Origin: Octopus sinensis
Taxonomy: Eukaryota
Reading direction: 5' to 3'
NCBI RefSeq assembly: GCF_006345805.1
Contig: NC_042999.1
Coordinates: 134,540,001-134,604,000 of the forward strand
Length of the DNA: 64,000 nucleotides
Both the position numbers and the translations under genes were made by a program. The notes beneath the pieces are model-generated. The model ran no database searches, was not told the origin of the DNA, and saw only the letters and a list, made by a program, of their open reading frames with translations. Of this stretch, positions 12,891 to 26,666 are shown piece by piece. Within the stretch, counting starts at the first letter, position 1, and each line of letters starts with the position of its first letter.

Positions 12891-13050
12891 ATGCATGTAA
12901 TATATGTATGTATATCATGGTGACCGTCACCGTGACCGACCAGGCTATCAGATGTTGCTACACATCGGTGGTTACAATGCGCTCGCATTGTTTCAGCCTT
13001 CAAATGACGCCAGCTCGCTGGGTAAGCGGGCAGGCCAATGTATGTATATA

Positions 13051-13118
<68 letters not shown>

Positions 13119-13173
13119 TTATATATATATATATATTATGTATATTATATATATATATATAATTATGTATATA

Positions 13174-13205
<32 letters not shown>

Positions 13206-13394
13206 CAACACATATATACATATATGTATGCATATATATATGTGTGTATGTGTGTATACATGTACATAATACACATACCATTTATACATACACACATATG
13301 TATGTATGTGTGAGTATACACGTACATACACTGATACACATAAACATACATACACATATATGTGTGTGTGCATGTATGTATGTATGTATGTATG

Positions 13395-13850
13395 TATATG
13401 TCAGCGACTAAACCGGCAACCCCACCAAGCTTGCTTGGTGAAGAGGGTGTTTATTGGATACCCTGCGGGATGAAAAACAAAACCCGTCACAGGGCGGAGG
13501 AACTCTTGAGAGTCAACGGTCATCCAATAAATGCCTTAAGGCTCTATCATGCGCGGGGACGTAGAAATAATCGGACTGAATACCCGATCGCGCGATTAAA
13601 CCATTGGGAGTGAAGGACTCTTAGCCTTTGTTAGGACATCCTTCTAGGAGAAGGTAACCCAGGTAACTGGGATAACTCCGACATAAAACCTGCGGCTCAG
13701 TGGTTACCGATGATGTTGACTTGTTCTTCTTTTCGGATTATGGCTGCTGTAGCTTAGCGAGTGGGATTGACTCAGTGCACAGCCTTTTCTCACTTTAAAA
13801 AAAATCTTCTTGCGCAGGCATTGCACGATAACAACATTGATTAAGCTTCG
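13395..13850 (+). mobile_element. 5' UTR segment of an RTE-type LINE or a derived non-autonomous element
   Basis: Homologous to the reverse complement of 19840-20130 and 20310-20445, which lie upstream of an RTE endonuclease ORF. A further related copy is at about 34780-34955. Confidence 0.7.
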
Positions 13851-13898
13851 TGCAATGGACATACTCGATAACGAGGGGCCAGCCACCATCTATGTATG

Positions 13899-13945
<47 letters not shown>

Positions 13946-14680
13946 GGGGGGGGGGGAGCGGTGATGACAATAAAGACGCTTAGGTTTGGTGTGCAAAATA
14001 CATTTATATACGCATGTAATTATATATAGCGAGAAATATATAGAGAGCAATACAAGCTGAAAATATTCAGATAAACATTTGTGTATTTAGATATTTACAG
14101 AACAAATTTACATGGTATATAAAGTATAAGGCAAACTAAGGAGATAGGCATGGTGTTTCGAGTCCAAGAGCTGTTTCTAGCTAGATGCCAATCTTTCCAC
14201 TCCGAAGACGGAGGCTGGCTTTACGGTAATGTTTATATGGATCCAGCGCTGGTTGCATATTTTTGACATTTTACACACTCCAACTGCCCACATTACAGCT
14301 ATTACGTAATTCCGAGCCCCCGAGAAACAGCTGTCGAGCCTGAAATACTTTTATATCCTTCTATATTCCAATAAATACAAACTCTCAACGACTCCTTACG
14401 ACTCCTTCCGTCTCAACCAATACGCTACTCTAGGGAGGTTGAATATTTCTTCCGTTTAGGCACTACTTCCAACCGTTGTTTGTTTCCTCTTGTGTTGCTA
14501 CGCCTAGGTTCGACTTTCTGAGGCGTTAGAGCATCAAGGGTATCGTAGAGCACTTCCTTGGGTATTACTTTTGCTTTTTTTCTGTATAGCTATTTTTTAA
14601 CTAGTTTAAATGTCTTTTGTATTTCCATTTTCCGTTTCTTATCACATACGTCATTTTGCCTATTCGTTTTGTTACTACTC

Positions 14681-15610
14681 CTAACCTTCTCTTCCGTTTT
14701 TATGTATTTTGAAAATCACCTTGACACCGATATTAAAATACTTGATCATATTTCTAGTGTTTTCCCTATTTGTTGAAAATTTGTGAAAATTTGACTTTAT
14801 TTTTCGAGCAGGCGGCTTGCTTGAGCAATTGTTTGGGTTTGGTGTTATCCTATGAACCCTCAAGAAGTGTGTCAATGCTGCGTCATCGGCTAGCTCGTTT
14901 CTTGATTTCTTTAATGCTCTTTTAAATGTATCAACAAACCGTTCCGTTTTCCCGTTTGATCTTGAGCGATATGGCGGAGTAGAGATGCGATCAATTGCGT
15001 ATATTTTCCAAAAATCCATACGCCGTAAACTGCGTACCATTATCGGATAATATGGTGTCCGGGACACCATATCTTGCAAGAAGTTCATGAAGAAATTCTA
15101 TTGTTACTGAAAAGGTTGGTACCTACAACTACATATTTCCGGTCATTTAGTATAACTATTTACTACAATCAGGTATTACGCGCCATCTACTGGTCCAGCA
15201 AGATCTATGTGAAGCCTGGTCTATGGGCTGTCGGTATTAGGCCACAGTTGAAATTTTACTAGTGGGGACTTGGCTGCAAGGGCACAACTTCAGCAGGATT
15301 TCACCGACTTTTCAATGTCACGGTCCATTGTAAGCCAATATACTTCTCATTAGTGATTTCATTCTCGAAATTGCTGGGTGACCAATATGAAATTCCTTTA
15401 ATAAACGCTTTTGTAGTGCCGCATACATCAACACATTGTCACACAGTGAGAAATGGTTCGCATTTGTGTTGCGCATATTTTTATTTTCTTTAGCTTTCAG
15501 TGTTTCTTTCATTTTTATAATGAATTTACCGTTCTCCGATTTTGATTTTATGTCTGGTAACGTAAATGGCAGTTCACGAATAGTTACTGCCAGATCAACG
15601 AAATAGATAA
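14681..15610 (-). mobile_element. Decayed Ty3/Gypsy LTR-retrotransposon integrase region
   Basis: Minus-strand peptides ALQKRLLKEFHIGHPAISRMKSLMRS (integrase H2C2 region) and ISTPPYRSRSNGKTERFVDTFKRALKK (core, SNG..ER motif). Frameshifted. Confidence 0.85.
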
Positions 15611-16849
15611 CAGCAATACACCTCGTGAATATCGGTTTTAAATTTCAAGGAGAAAATGAAAGTTTCAATTGAGAATTGAAACTGTGTTGCTTATTCAACA
15701 TGTCATAGATTTACATTTTACTTTACGGCGTTTACCACACTATTTCAGGAAAAAATATTATTTCGAACTCCATTTCTTACTGTATTATTTCACCAGTAAA
15801 ACTAGTAAAATAGAAATTTATATCCAAGATATCTACTGCAAGTAACAATTTGCTTTAAAAGGAAGATAAATTTATTACACACACACACATACACACACAG
15901 ACACACACACACACACACATACATACATACATACATACATACATACATACATACATACATACATACATACATACATACATACATACATACATACATACAT
16001 ACATGTGATTGCGTGTATTTACTGTAAGAGTATAAGTAGATATGTCCGTATGTTGAGCGGAGACGAAACTGTTAAAATAAGAAAACTAACGCCCCTATAT
16101 TACAAAACCAAGCGTAGAGGATAAAACAGTTACTAAGAGAGAAAGAGGAGTCGTCCAATGGTGGCAACTGTTGAAGACGAGCTCTGAGCTGAATAATTAG
16201 CAGTTTGAAGACAGGCATCATAATTCATACAACTAACAACTCTTTCGGCTCCATCTAACACCACAAACATCTCTTACGTCGCTCTACCGCCCTTGTGCAC
16301 TCGCTTATTGCTCATTTCCACGTTGTTTTCACCAATTCTTTCCCTTATTCCTAGTCTCCCTCTCTTTCCATTTCTTTCTTGCGCTTTCTATTTTTCTTTC
16401 TCCTTCTCCCCCTCTTTTTCTCTCTTTCTATCTCTTTCTCTTTACTTTTTTGTGTTTTTCCTTTCTTTCCTACTTTCTCACATATCGCTTTCTTTGTCTC
16501 CATTTATATTTGAACCAAATCGCTTCCTCTTTCATTCTATTCTCACTTCTCTTTTCCTTTTAATATTTCTCTGCCATCTCCTCCCCTATTTTCACCTTCT
16601 TTTCCTTTCCTTCTTATTTAATTGACTACACCCCAGTCTCTCTTTTCTACCTAGAGCACTCTACACTTTTTCCTATAATTTTCTTCAAGAATAACTATTT
16701 CTCTTTCGCTTTTCTATATTTTATCTCGTATACTCACCATCAGAACATCCGAAACTCTGTTTTGTGGTGAGAGTAGATGAGTGGGCGACACTGTCAGTTA
16801 GTAAATAAGAAAATAGAAAGAAACCATTGAAAACAATTAATTAAACCAA

Positions 16850-16866
16850 ATGAAGAAGAAGAAGAA

Positions 16867-16899
<33 letters not shown>

Positions 16900-17020
16900 G
16901 AAGAAGAAGAAGAAGAAGAAGAAGAAGAAGAGAAGAAGAAGAAGAAGAAGAGAAGAAGAAGAAGAAGAAGAAGAAGAAAAGAAGAAGAAGAAGAGAAGAA
17001 GAGAAGAAGAAGAAGAAGAA
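16850..17020. repeat. Compound (GAA)n/(GAT)n microsatellite, one example of dozens in the window
   Basis: Direct reading. Confidence 0.95.
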
Positions 17021-18549
17021 GGTACCCAATAAGAACAATCACAGTCGAGAACATTATAATACATTACAAAACACGAGAAAAAAAAAAGCCATAAAAAGTA
17101 ACAGGAAAATGATTGAAAAATCTAAAGAAATAAAATACCAGGTTATTTATGAGTTTTTTCTCCTAAGGTAATGAATCAACTAAATAAACTTATAAATAAG
17201 CAGGGAGAAGCCTTTTGGAAATAGATCTGTTCAAAGATGCTTGCTGTATTTTTCTTTTATTTGTTCATTTTTTCTGCTTGCGAAATGACCTTTTTTAACA
17301 TTTTGAGACGCCAAATATTCGCCATTTTATTTTGCCGTTTTCTCACTGTTATTGTTGTTACTTCGATTTTGCTGGTTTGGCGAGGAAATGTTTTATTTAT
17401 TAGTTGTGTGTTTTTTTGTTTTGTTTTTTTAATTTTCAAAGCTGATTTCGACATTGGAATTGAAGTCGACTTAATCTTTCTAGTGCCACGCTGGCAACGA
17501 CAATTTCGCTAACCAACGAAGGATTTTAAATTTTAGTTACTGAACTTTATGGAATATAAAAAAAAAGATAGTCATGTTTTCCTTTAGAATATTTGTACAG
17601 TCTTGTATTTTATGATATCGAGTTATTAGTTCTAAGCTCTTAGAAAGGATGAACAAACGTGGGAGATGCTATATAGCCTTTCGATTTACCCAAGTATAGC
17701 AAATTTTTTACTCGTGATAATGTAAACTGCTTTAAGTGTTGAAAGTAGATGATGTAAGTAGATGTTGAAAGTAGATGATGTGGGGCAGTTGACAAATGTA
17801 CATTAAATGACGAGAGACGCATTGCATCTTGGCCTTGAAGAAACTCAAAATGGTCAGCTCGATCCGATAAATATTCAGTCAGAACATCTGATGATAGAAG
17901 ACAGCAATTAAAATACAGGCAGAAGAAATCAGGGATTTGCAACACCTGTAGAAAATGTAGTTTCTAGAACATTCTAGAGAATTCCTTCTTTACCATGCAT
18001 TATCAATGTATTTTAAGAACTATATGCTCCCAACCCCATTCACACCTATGGATTAGTTTTTACAAACGAAAAATATCATTTATCACATAGAGATCGTACA
18101 TTTTATTTGAATCTGAAATATTTCGTCTCGTTACTAAGAGTTTTGCTTTAGTGATTATTTAATCGATCGAAGTAGCTTGATGATGCATAAACAGAAGTAT
18201 TTGCACAAACACATCCAAATATGATTAGTATGAGCCATAGCTGCCCTACTTGCCTTCGTATGTTGAAAGTCGTATTGGAAGAACACATAGACCTGCGGTT
18301 TCAAAAGTCAAAACAGTAGCACCCACCTGATCCCGGAGTAGATTAAATATTGAATTTTAGGCGAGTAGTTTAAAACGTTGTTGCACTAAACTTTCGCAGT
18401 TACACTCGTCTCCATATTGTTTGTCTATATGTGGGTTAGTCTGCCCATATTTATGCCTGCGCATAAGCATGTGTGTATGTATGTGTGCTTGTGTTTGTAT
18501 GTGTGTATGTATGTGTGCTTGTGTTTGTATGTGTGTGTGTATGTGTGTG

Positions 18550-18585
<36 letters not shown>

Positions 18586-19314
18586 TTTATTCATTTGCAT
18601 ATGTTTGTGTGTAACTATTGGTTAGTCTATGTGTGTGACGTGGAGATCGCCAGTGTCGGTATTCGCTCAACACCTTATCTAAAATATAAGAAACAATCTT
18701 CTTTTGGTACCACCCATCCACTTCTTATATTGTCTACTGTTCACGTCAACGCCTCCGCCACCTCAAGAACACTGTCGCCATATCTTATACAGTAGACACT
18801 TTTGATTTTTTAAATTTACAGTTTCTTTTAAGAGAGGAAAAGTAGGGGTCATCCTGACTGGTTTCAGTCCTTAGGAATCAGCCCTACAGAGACCATAGTG
18901 TGTATTCGCCTATTTCTATCCATTAAGAAACTGTGTACATAGCTATTACGAATGAGAAACCATACAGGAAACGCCATCGCTATACAGTTACTAATTAACC
19001 TTCTTTTTATATGGACAAACTGTTTCAGTTTTTTCCTTCCAACTGCATGGATAATGGTGATGTACGCCTTGGTTGTAAAGATATCCCCAGTAAAGCCTGT
19101 AAACATTCTATTTCAAAACTTTTAGTTGGCATGTATTTTCAGGCTTTAGGGTTCACATTTCTTCGCCTTAGGTTGCGGCTGGGAAAATAACAACGGAGTA
19201 CTTCTACACACACACACACACCACACACACACACATACACACGCACGCACGCACACACACACACACACATACACAAACATACACACATGTATATATGTAT
19301 GTATATATATATAA

Positions 19315-20502
19315 TCCCGCCTGGAAATTCTTCCAGCTTGCCCACAGGAGTAGTCATAACAGCAAATGCCACTCCAGCCTCTCCTCTAAACTCTTCATCT
19401 CTGCCTTTCCAAAAGAATGTATATTTTTCATAAGATTCTGTAAGATGACAATCTCCAGCTAATCTCGTTTCAGACAAAGCAACGATGTCAAGATCATAGT
19501 GTCGAAGCTCCTTCGCGACAAGAGCGGTCCTTCGTTCAGGACATTCTGAGGACTTGCGGTCAAGCAGTGTACACACATTCCAACAGCCAATATTCAATAC
19601 TTTATTAGTTTCTATCACAGTTGCTCGATTAGGCCGGGTTCAGACTGTGAAGCTCTGGAGTCCCTTCCGGGCCATTCTCTTTCATTTGATGGTGTTCCAG
19701 AGTCCTTACTACCATTTATTTCCATACTGTTTTGGTACATCATTGATTGTTTGCTTTTTAAGGCTACAACCAGCCATTCAGTTGAGACTCATAGCACCAT
19801 CAACAATCATCAATTAGTTAATTAATTAATCCATGTTGTTATCGGGCAATGCCTGTGCAAGAAGATTTTTTTAAGTGTGGAAAGGCTGTGCACCGAGTCA
19901 ACCCCACTCACAAAGTATCAGCAGCCATAACCCGAAAAGAAGAACAAGTCAACATCATCGGTAACCACTGAGCTGTAGGTTTTATGTCGGTGTTATCCCA
20001 GTTACCTGAGTTGCCTTCTCCTAGAAGGATGCCCTAACAAAGGCTAGGAGTCCTTCACTCCCAATGGTTAAACCGAGCGATCGGGTATTCACTCCGATTA
20101 TTTTTACGTCTCCGCACAAGATACAGCCACAGGCTGGATAAAATAGATGTAAGGAAAAGAAAAACGTACAAAATAAAAAAAATTGAAATATAATATATAC
20201 ATAAAATATACGCTATGGAATACATAAAAATATATATAATGAGCAAACTATAAAAATACACAATATATAAAATTAGTGAGAAAAAGGGGGGTGTACAGTA
20301 AATACGTAATTATACACATATTGGATGGCCGTTGACTCCCAAGAGATCCTCCGCCCTTTAACGGGTTTTGTCTTTCATCTTGCAGGATGTCCAATAAATA
20401 CTCTTCTCACCAAGCAAGCTTGGTAGAGTTGCCGGTTTAGTCATTGACGGCCCGACAGTTTGTATTGGGTTATGTTACCAGTAGCACTCGAAAGTGACCT
20501 GA
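19315..20502 (-). mobile_element. 5' part of an RTE LINE: 5' UTR plus start of the AP endonuclease domain
   Basis: LNIGCWNVCTLLD...PERRTALVAKELRHYDLDIVALSETRLAG...YTFFWKG...GVAFAV is the RTE endonuclease signature. The element is truncated in a microsatellite at about 19315. Confidence 0.9.
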
Positions 20503-20507
20503 CATAA

Positions 20508-20580
<73 letters not shown>

Positions 20581-20582
20581 TA

Positions 20583-20784
20583 CAGAGATGTACTTGCATA
20601 GCAAGTGATTTGATCTGAGATCGTGTGCTGAAACAAAAACAATTGCAGCGTGAAAGGTGTTTGTAAGCCATTTAAGAAACACACAAAAGCCGTTCGATTC
20701 ACTTCAACATTTAAGTTTAATTTGTCAAAATATTTTCGTCGCTTTAAGACCGCGACCTGTTCACTGACAGAAATCCGTGCTGCA

Positions 20785-20786
<2 letters not shown>
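20583..20786 (-). mobile_element. Short interspersed repeat between microsatellites, probably a PLE pseudo-LTR
   Basis: A 200-bp unique-looking island bounded by (TA)n and (CA)n that carries a hammerhead fold. Confidence 0.55.
20723..20769 (-). ncRNA. Type I hammerhead fold with a G3:C8 variant core
   Basis: The minus strand reads UGUCA-GUGAACA-G-GUCGC-(ggucuuaaa)-GCGAC-GAAA-AUAU-UU-UGACA. Stems I and II are perfect 5 bp and stem III is the palindrome AAUAUU. Confidence 0.7.
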
Positions 20787-20861
<75 letters not shown>

Positions 20862-20896
20862 ATATATATAACCAGTTAGATATATATATATATATA

Positions 20897-21400
20897 TGTC
20901 TCAAGAAAACTGTTGTCATGTACCAACCTTCCCCTGGTAAGCAGCATAGTGAACAAGATATCTATGTGTATGGTATACGACTTGGTGTACAGATTGTCAA
21001 CCTGGGAAGCACTGTTAATAGATATACCAATTTGGATAGTGAAATTCCATACAGAATTAGGAAGGCTAGAAAGGCGCCTCTGGAGCCGGCGAGACATATG
21101 CAGGAAGACAAAGATAAAGGTGTACAAGGCGTGTGTGCTCTCTTCTCTTCTTTATGCCTGCGAGACGTGGGTCACATATCGATACCACCTTAAACAGCTG
21201 GAAGTTTCCATCAGATGTGTCTCAGACGGATCTATGGCATCAAGTGGGAGGGCTGCATTTTGAGATATTGAAAAGCTCTCAGTGTGAAAGTATAGAAGTT
21301 CTTGTGTTGAAGCAAAGGCCAGATGGAGTGGTCATCTGGTCAGGATGAAAGATTCGAGGATGTCAAAACAACTCTTTTATAGAGAGTTAGCTAAAGAAGA
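20897..21400 (+). mobile_element. RTE LINE RT C-terminal fragment, frameshifted
   Basis: KKTVVMYQPSPGK; TKIKVYKACVLSSLLYACETWVTY; RMKDSRMSKQLFYREL. Confidence 0.9.
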
Positions 21401-21433
21401 ACGATGGATAGATAACACTATCTATCCATCTCA

Positions 21434-21502
<69 letters not shown>

Positions 21503-21574
21503 CGTCTGTCTGCCTGCATGTTTACGTAGAGGATTACTGGGAAGTATCAACATTCCTTTTCTATACCTCATGTA

Positions 21575-21797
21575 TAATATTGGTTTCAAATTTTGGCACA
21601 AGGCCAGCAATTTCGGGGCAAGGAGTAAGTCGATTACATCGACCACAATGCTCAAGTAGAACTTATTTTATCGACCCCCTAAATAATGAAAGGAAAAGTC
21701 GACCTCAAAGGAATTTGAACTCAGAACGTGAAGACGGACGAAATGCCGCTAAGCATTTTGCCCAGCATGCTAACGATTCTGATTGCTCGCCGCCTTA
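21575..21797 (-). mobile_element. tRNA-headed SINE family B
   Basis: Reverse-complement match to 40273-40499 (ggcggcgag...gttagca...gagttcaaattcc...gaggtcgactttt...gtcgataaaataag). Confidence 0.85.
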
Positions 21798-22050
21798 CCT
21801 ACATATATAATGCAGGATGTATGTTATGTACTTAGCTACAGTTTCCTGCACAAATGCACATATAAATATACATATACCTGTGAACGTAAATTCCTCTATT
21901 TGCCTACATATCTGTTCTGTCTCTGCACATATATGTATATAAATATATATGTATGTATGTATGTATGTGTGTGTGCGCGCGTGTATGTTTGTGTGGGTGG
22001 GTGTGTGCGTGCGTGTGTGTATGTCTATGTGTGTGAATATATATGCATAT

Positions 22051-22158
<108 letters not shown>

Positions 22159-22327
22159 GTGTGCGTGTGTGTATTTTTATGTGTGTGTTTAGGTACAAAC
22201 TCTTTCTCGCGCACGCACGTATATACACGCGCACACAAATGCACGCACAGACATATAACCGTATATTCAAATTTGTGTCTCTGTAATAATCTCTATCTTT
22301 TTCTGCATGTGTGTATGTTACTGTGCA

Positions 22328-22444
<117 letters not shown>

Positions 22445-23261
22445 GTCTGTCTGTCTAGTTTTGTGTATACATCTATGTGTATATATGTATATATATATAT
22501 ATATACATATATATAGACACGCAACATTCCCTTAGACACAAACCTACATTCACTTCGCACATATACACGTTTGCAAACACACACATACACACATAGATAT
22601 ATAAATATAGATATATATACACAGACATACATATACGCACGCAGATTCCCTCTCTCTCTCACTCAAACATACACACAAACACACACACAAACACACACAC
22701 AAACACACACATATTGAACATGCAGAATCACAGTATCACCCAATGACTATAATATCATTTTCAAAAGATAATCCCTTTCCTACAGAGCGCTATGGTTGAT
22801 CAACTGAAATCTCCTTTCAACCAGTTAGATATTAACTCTGGAGATGACTGTGCACAGAGAGGAGGGCCTTTATCTTATGCAGCTTCGCCTTTTTCCCCCC
22901 CAACAAACTCTCATTGCTAAGCCTTCCATACGTAGCGCAAGACAAAAATTTACTGAACCATGCAGGAAATTCGTGGCTCCAAGAAGAGGCGAACTACTGC
23001 ATCCTGCTTCACGCTCATGAAATATATTGAACATTACGGTCGAACGGTAAAGTTTACTGAGGAATTATGTGGTAAGTCTGATTTCGTTTTCCAATTTGGT
23101 CTTGAAGTTGTTGGTAACTCGACTTAGGAAGTCAGAAATAGAGTAGAGCGCTTTATGAACTTTGGTAAACTTTGATAAACTTTGACAAACTTCGTTACAT
23201 AAGTATATGTACACAAGCACAGGCACACATACATATGCATATACGTACGTACACACGCATG

Positions 23262-23352
<91 letters not shown>

Positions 23353-23476
23353 TTATTTATTTATCTAACTATATATATATGCGCTTAGATACAAAATAGG
23401 TCCATAAACGTGTACATACACACCTGCGTTCGACAATACATATGTATACGTGTGTGTATATATATAGATACATACA

Positions 23477-23508
<32 letters not shown>

Positions 23509-23512
23509 CATA

Positions 23513-23561
<49 letters not shown>

Positions 23562-23699
23562 ATTGAAACGATTAAGAGGGATTGTGAAGTAAATTAGAAA
23601 AATATATAGGGAAAAAATCTTTTGTTACATTTCGATGGCAAGATGAAAAAAGAATATGCATGTGGTTACACTTTGATTCGAAGATAAACAACATCTATG

Positions 23700-24330
23700 T
23701 TGTTTGTAAGTGTGGAAAATGTCGGGTGCGGGGGTATGTTCATACTTGTACCGTCGACTCACATATTTTGCCACATTTGGGTATAAACACCTTATATAAG
23801 TGAAGGTGGCTGTGTCTCTTTAAGTAAAATGAATTTCCCTGCGTGTCTACGTTTTCTGAATGCATAAGACTTAATATTTGAATATAGCGCAGGGTGCCGT
23901 GAAGGTTTTAAGATCAAACTTTTTCTCCTTAGTGCATAGACCACATCTGTCGTTGTAATTTTACGGGGTCTTGATCTTTTAATGTTGTTTTAATGGACAT
24001 AATGTTTCAAATTGTTTTTGTTTTTTTTCAGTAACCAGATATAACGCATGCCTCGTTGCTTTTCATTATCAATTTCTGAGGAGATGTAATTGTAAACATT
24101 TACTTTTGATAATCTCTTCTGTGATTCTAGTATCAAGGTTCAAATTTATTAGATCCCACTTCATATAAGATGGAGTTTGCATTGTAGGGTCTTTAATCGG
24201 ATATTTACTGGTGTATCTATATCACCAGTTGGTCCCAGTAGATAAGGTACGCACATACCATATGATATTCTTCATAATGGCAATAGAGCAAAAACATTTT
24301 GGCTATGACTTTTGAATAACTTTCTATACC
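23700..24330 (-). mobile_element. Heavily decayed non-LTR retrotransposon RT fragment
   Basis: The peptide RKITTTDVVYALRRKSLILKPSRHP resembles the IT..EV..AL.....K.PG.D motif at the start of LINE RTs. All frames have many stops. Confidence 0.3.
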
Positions 24331-24442
24331 TATGCCTAGCTCAGTTTTATATATATATATATATATATATTTTTATTTTTTTTTAATTTTTATTTTTATC
24401 TAGTTTCAGCTCACAAGCTGTGGCCATATGTATATATACATA

Positions 24443-25537
<1,095 letters not shown>

Positions 25538-25786
25538 TATAGATAGATAATTGTAGCAACATGGCTGAAAAGAAAGTATAGCATTAATGGTGGCGTCATA
25601 TCTGCTGTTGAGTTTTTTGATCAACAGGATGAAAGTTCCTTCAGCAGTGGGATCCAAGCATTGTAACACTGACTGAAAAAGTGTGAGGACCACAAGTGGG
25701 GTTCTATGTTGAAAAATAAATTTCATTTAGTCACATTCCAAGAGAGTGTCTTGGTCAGACTATGAAATTTTCAGCCGACCCGCGTA

Positions 25787-25822
<36 letters not shown>

Positions 25823-25825
<3 letters not shown>

Positions 25826-26055
25826 TCTTTTACTCTTTTACTTGTTTCAGTCATTTAACTGCAGTCATGCTGGAGCACCGCCTCAACGGGTTTTAGTCGA
25901 AGAAATCGACTCCAGGACTTACTCTTTTGTAACCCTACTACTTATTCTAGCGAGGACATAAACACACCAGCATCGGTTGTCAAGCGATGGCAGGGGAGAA
26001 ACACAGACACACAGACACACACAAAAATACATACATACATACATACATACATACA

Positions 26056-26091
<36 letters not shown>

Positions 26092-26335
26092 TATATTATA
26101 TTCTTTTACTCTTTTACTTGTTTCAGTCATTTAACTGCAGTCATGCTGGAGCACCGCCTCAACGGGTTTTAGTCGAAGAAATCGACTCCAGGACTTACTC
26201 TTTTGTAACCCTACTACTTATTCTAGCGAGGACATAAACACACCAGCATCGGTTGTCAAGCGATGGCAGGGGAGAAACACAGACACACAGACACACACAA
26301 AAATACATACATACATACATACATACATACATACA

Positions 26336-26371
<36 letters not shown>

Positions 26372-26375
26372 TATT
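25823..26375. repeat. Two-copy tandem duplication (276 bp) of a SINE A tail plus (TACA)n
   Basis: tattcttttactcttttacttgtttcagtc... occurs at about 25823 and about 26099 with identical non-microsatellite sequence. Confidence 0.92.
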
Positions 26376-26635
26376 ACTTCTACCAAATCAACTCACAAGG
26401 CTTTATAGACTCGAGGCTGTAGTAGAAGACACTTGCCGATGGGAAACAAGCATCTTACCACACAGCCACGCATGCGCCTACACACACACTCACACAAACA
26501 CGCACTTATTCACACACATACACATACACACACTCGCGCAAATATGTATGTATCCAGACATATTAGTACGAAACATTTTCATTTGATAAATTTTGGGGCA
26601 TCTAACGTTATGCATGGGTATATGCCTATGTGTTG

Positions 26636-26654
<19 letters not shown>

Positions 26655-26666
<12 letters not shown>

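Noticed and set aside
17640-17945. 101-aa non-repetitive ORF on the minus strand
   Set aside because: It has no recognisable motif, includes a short internal tandem duplication, and lacks convincing splice signals.
23900-23990. Histone H4-like peptide ITTTDVVYALRR on the minus strand
   Set aside because: The rest of the histone fold is absent and a stop lies just upstream. The context fits a decayed LINE RT motif better.
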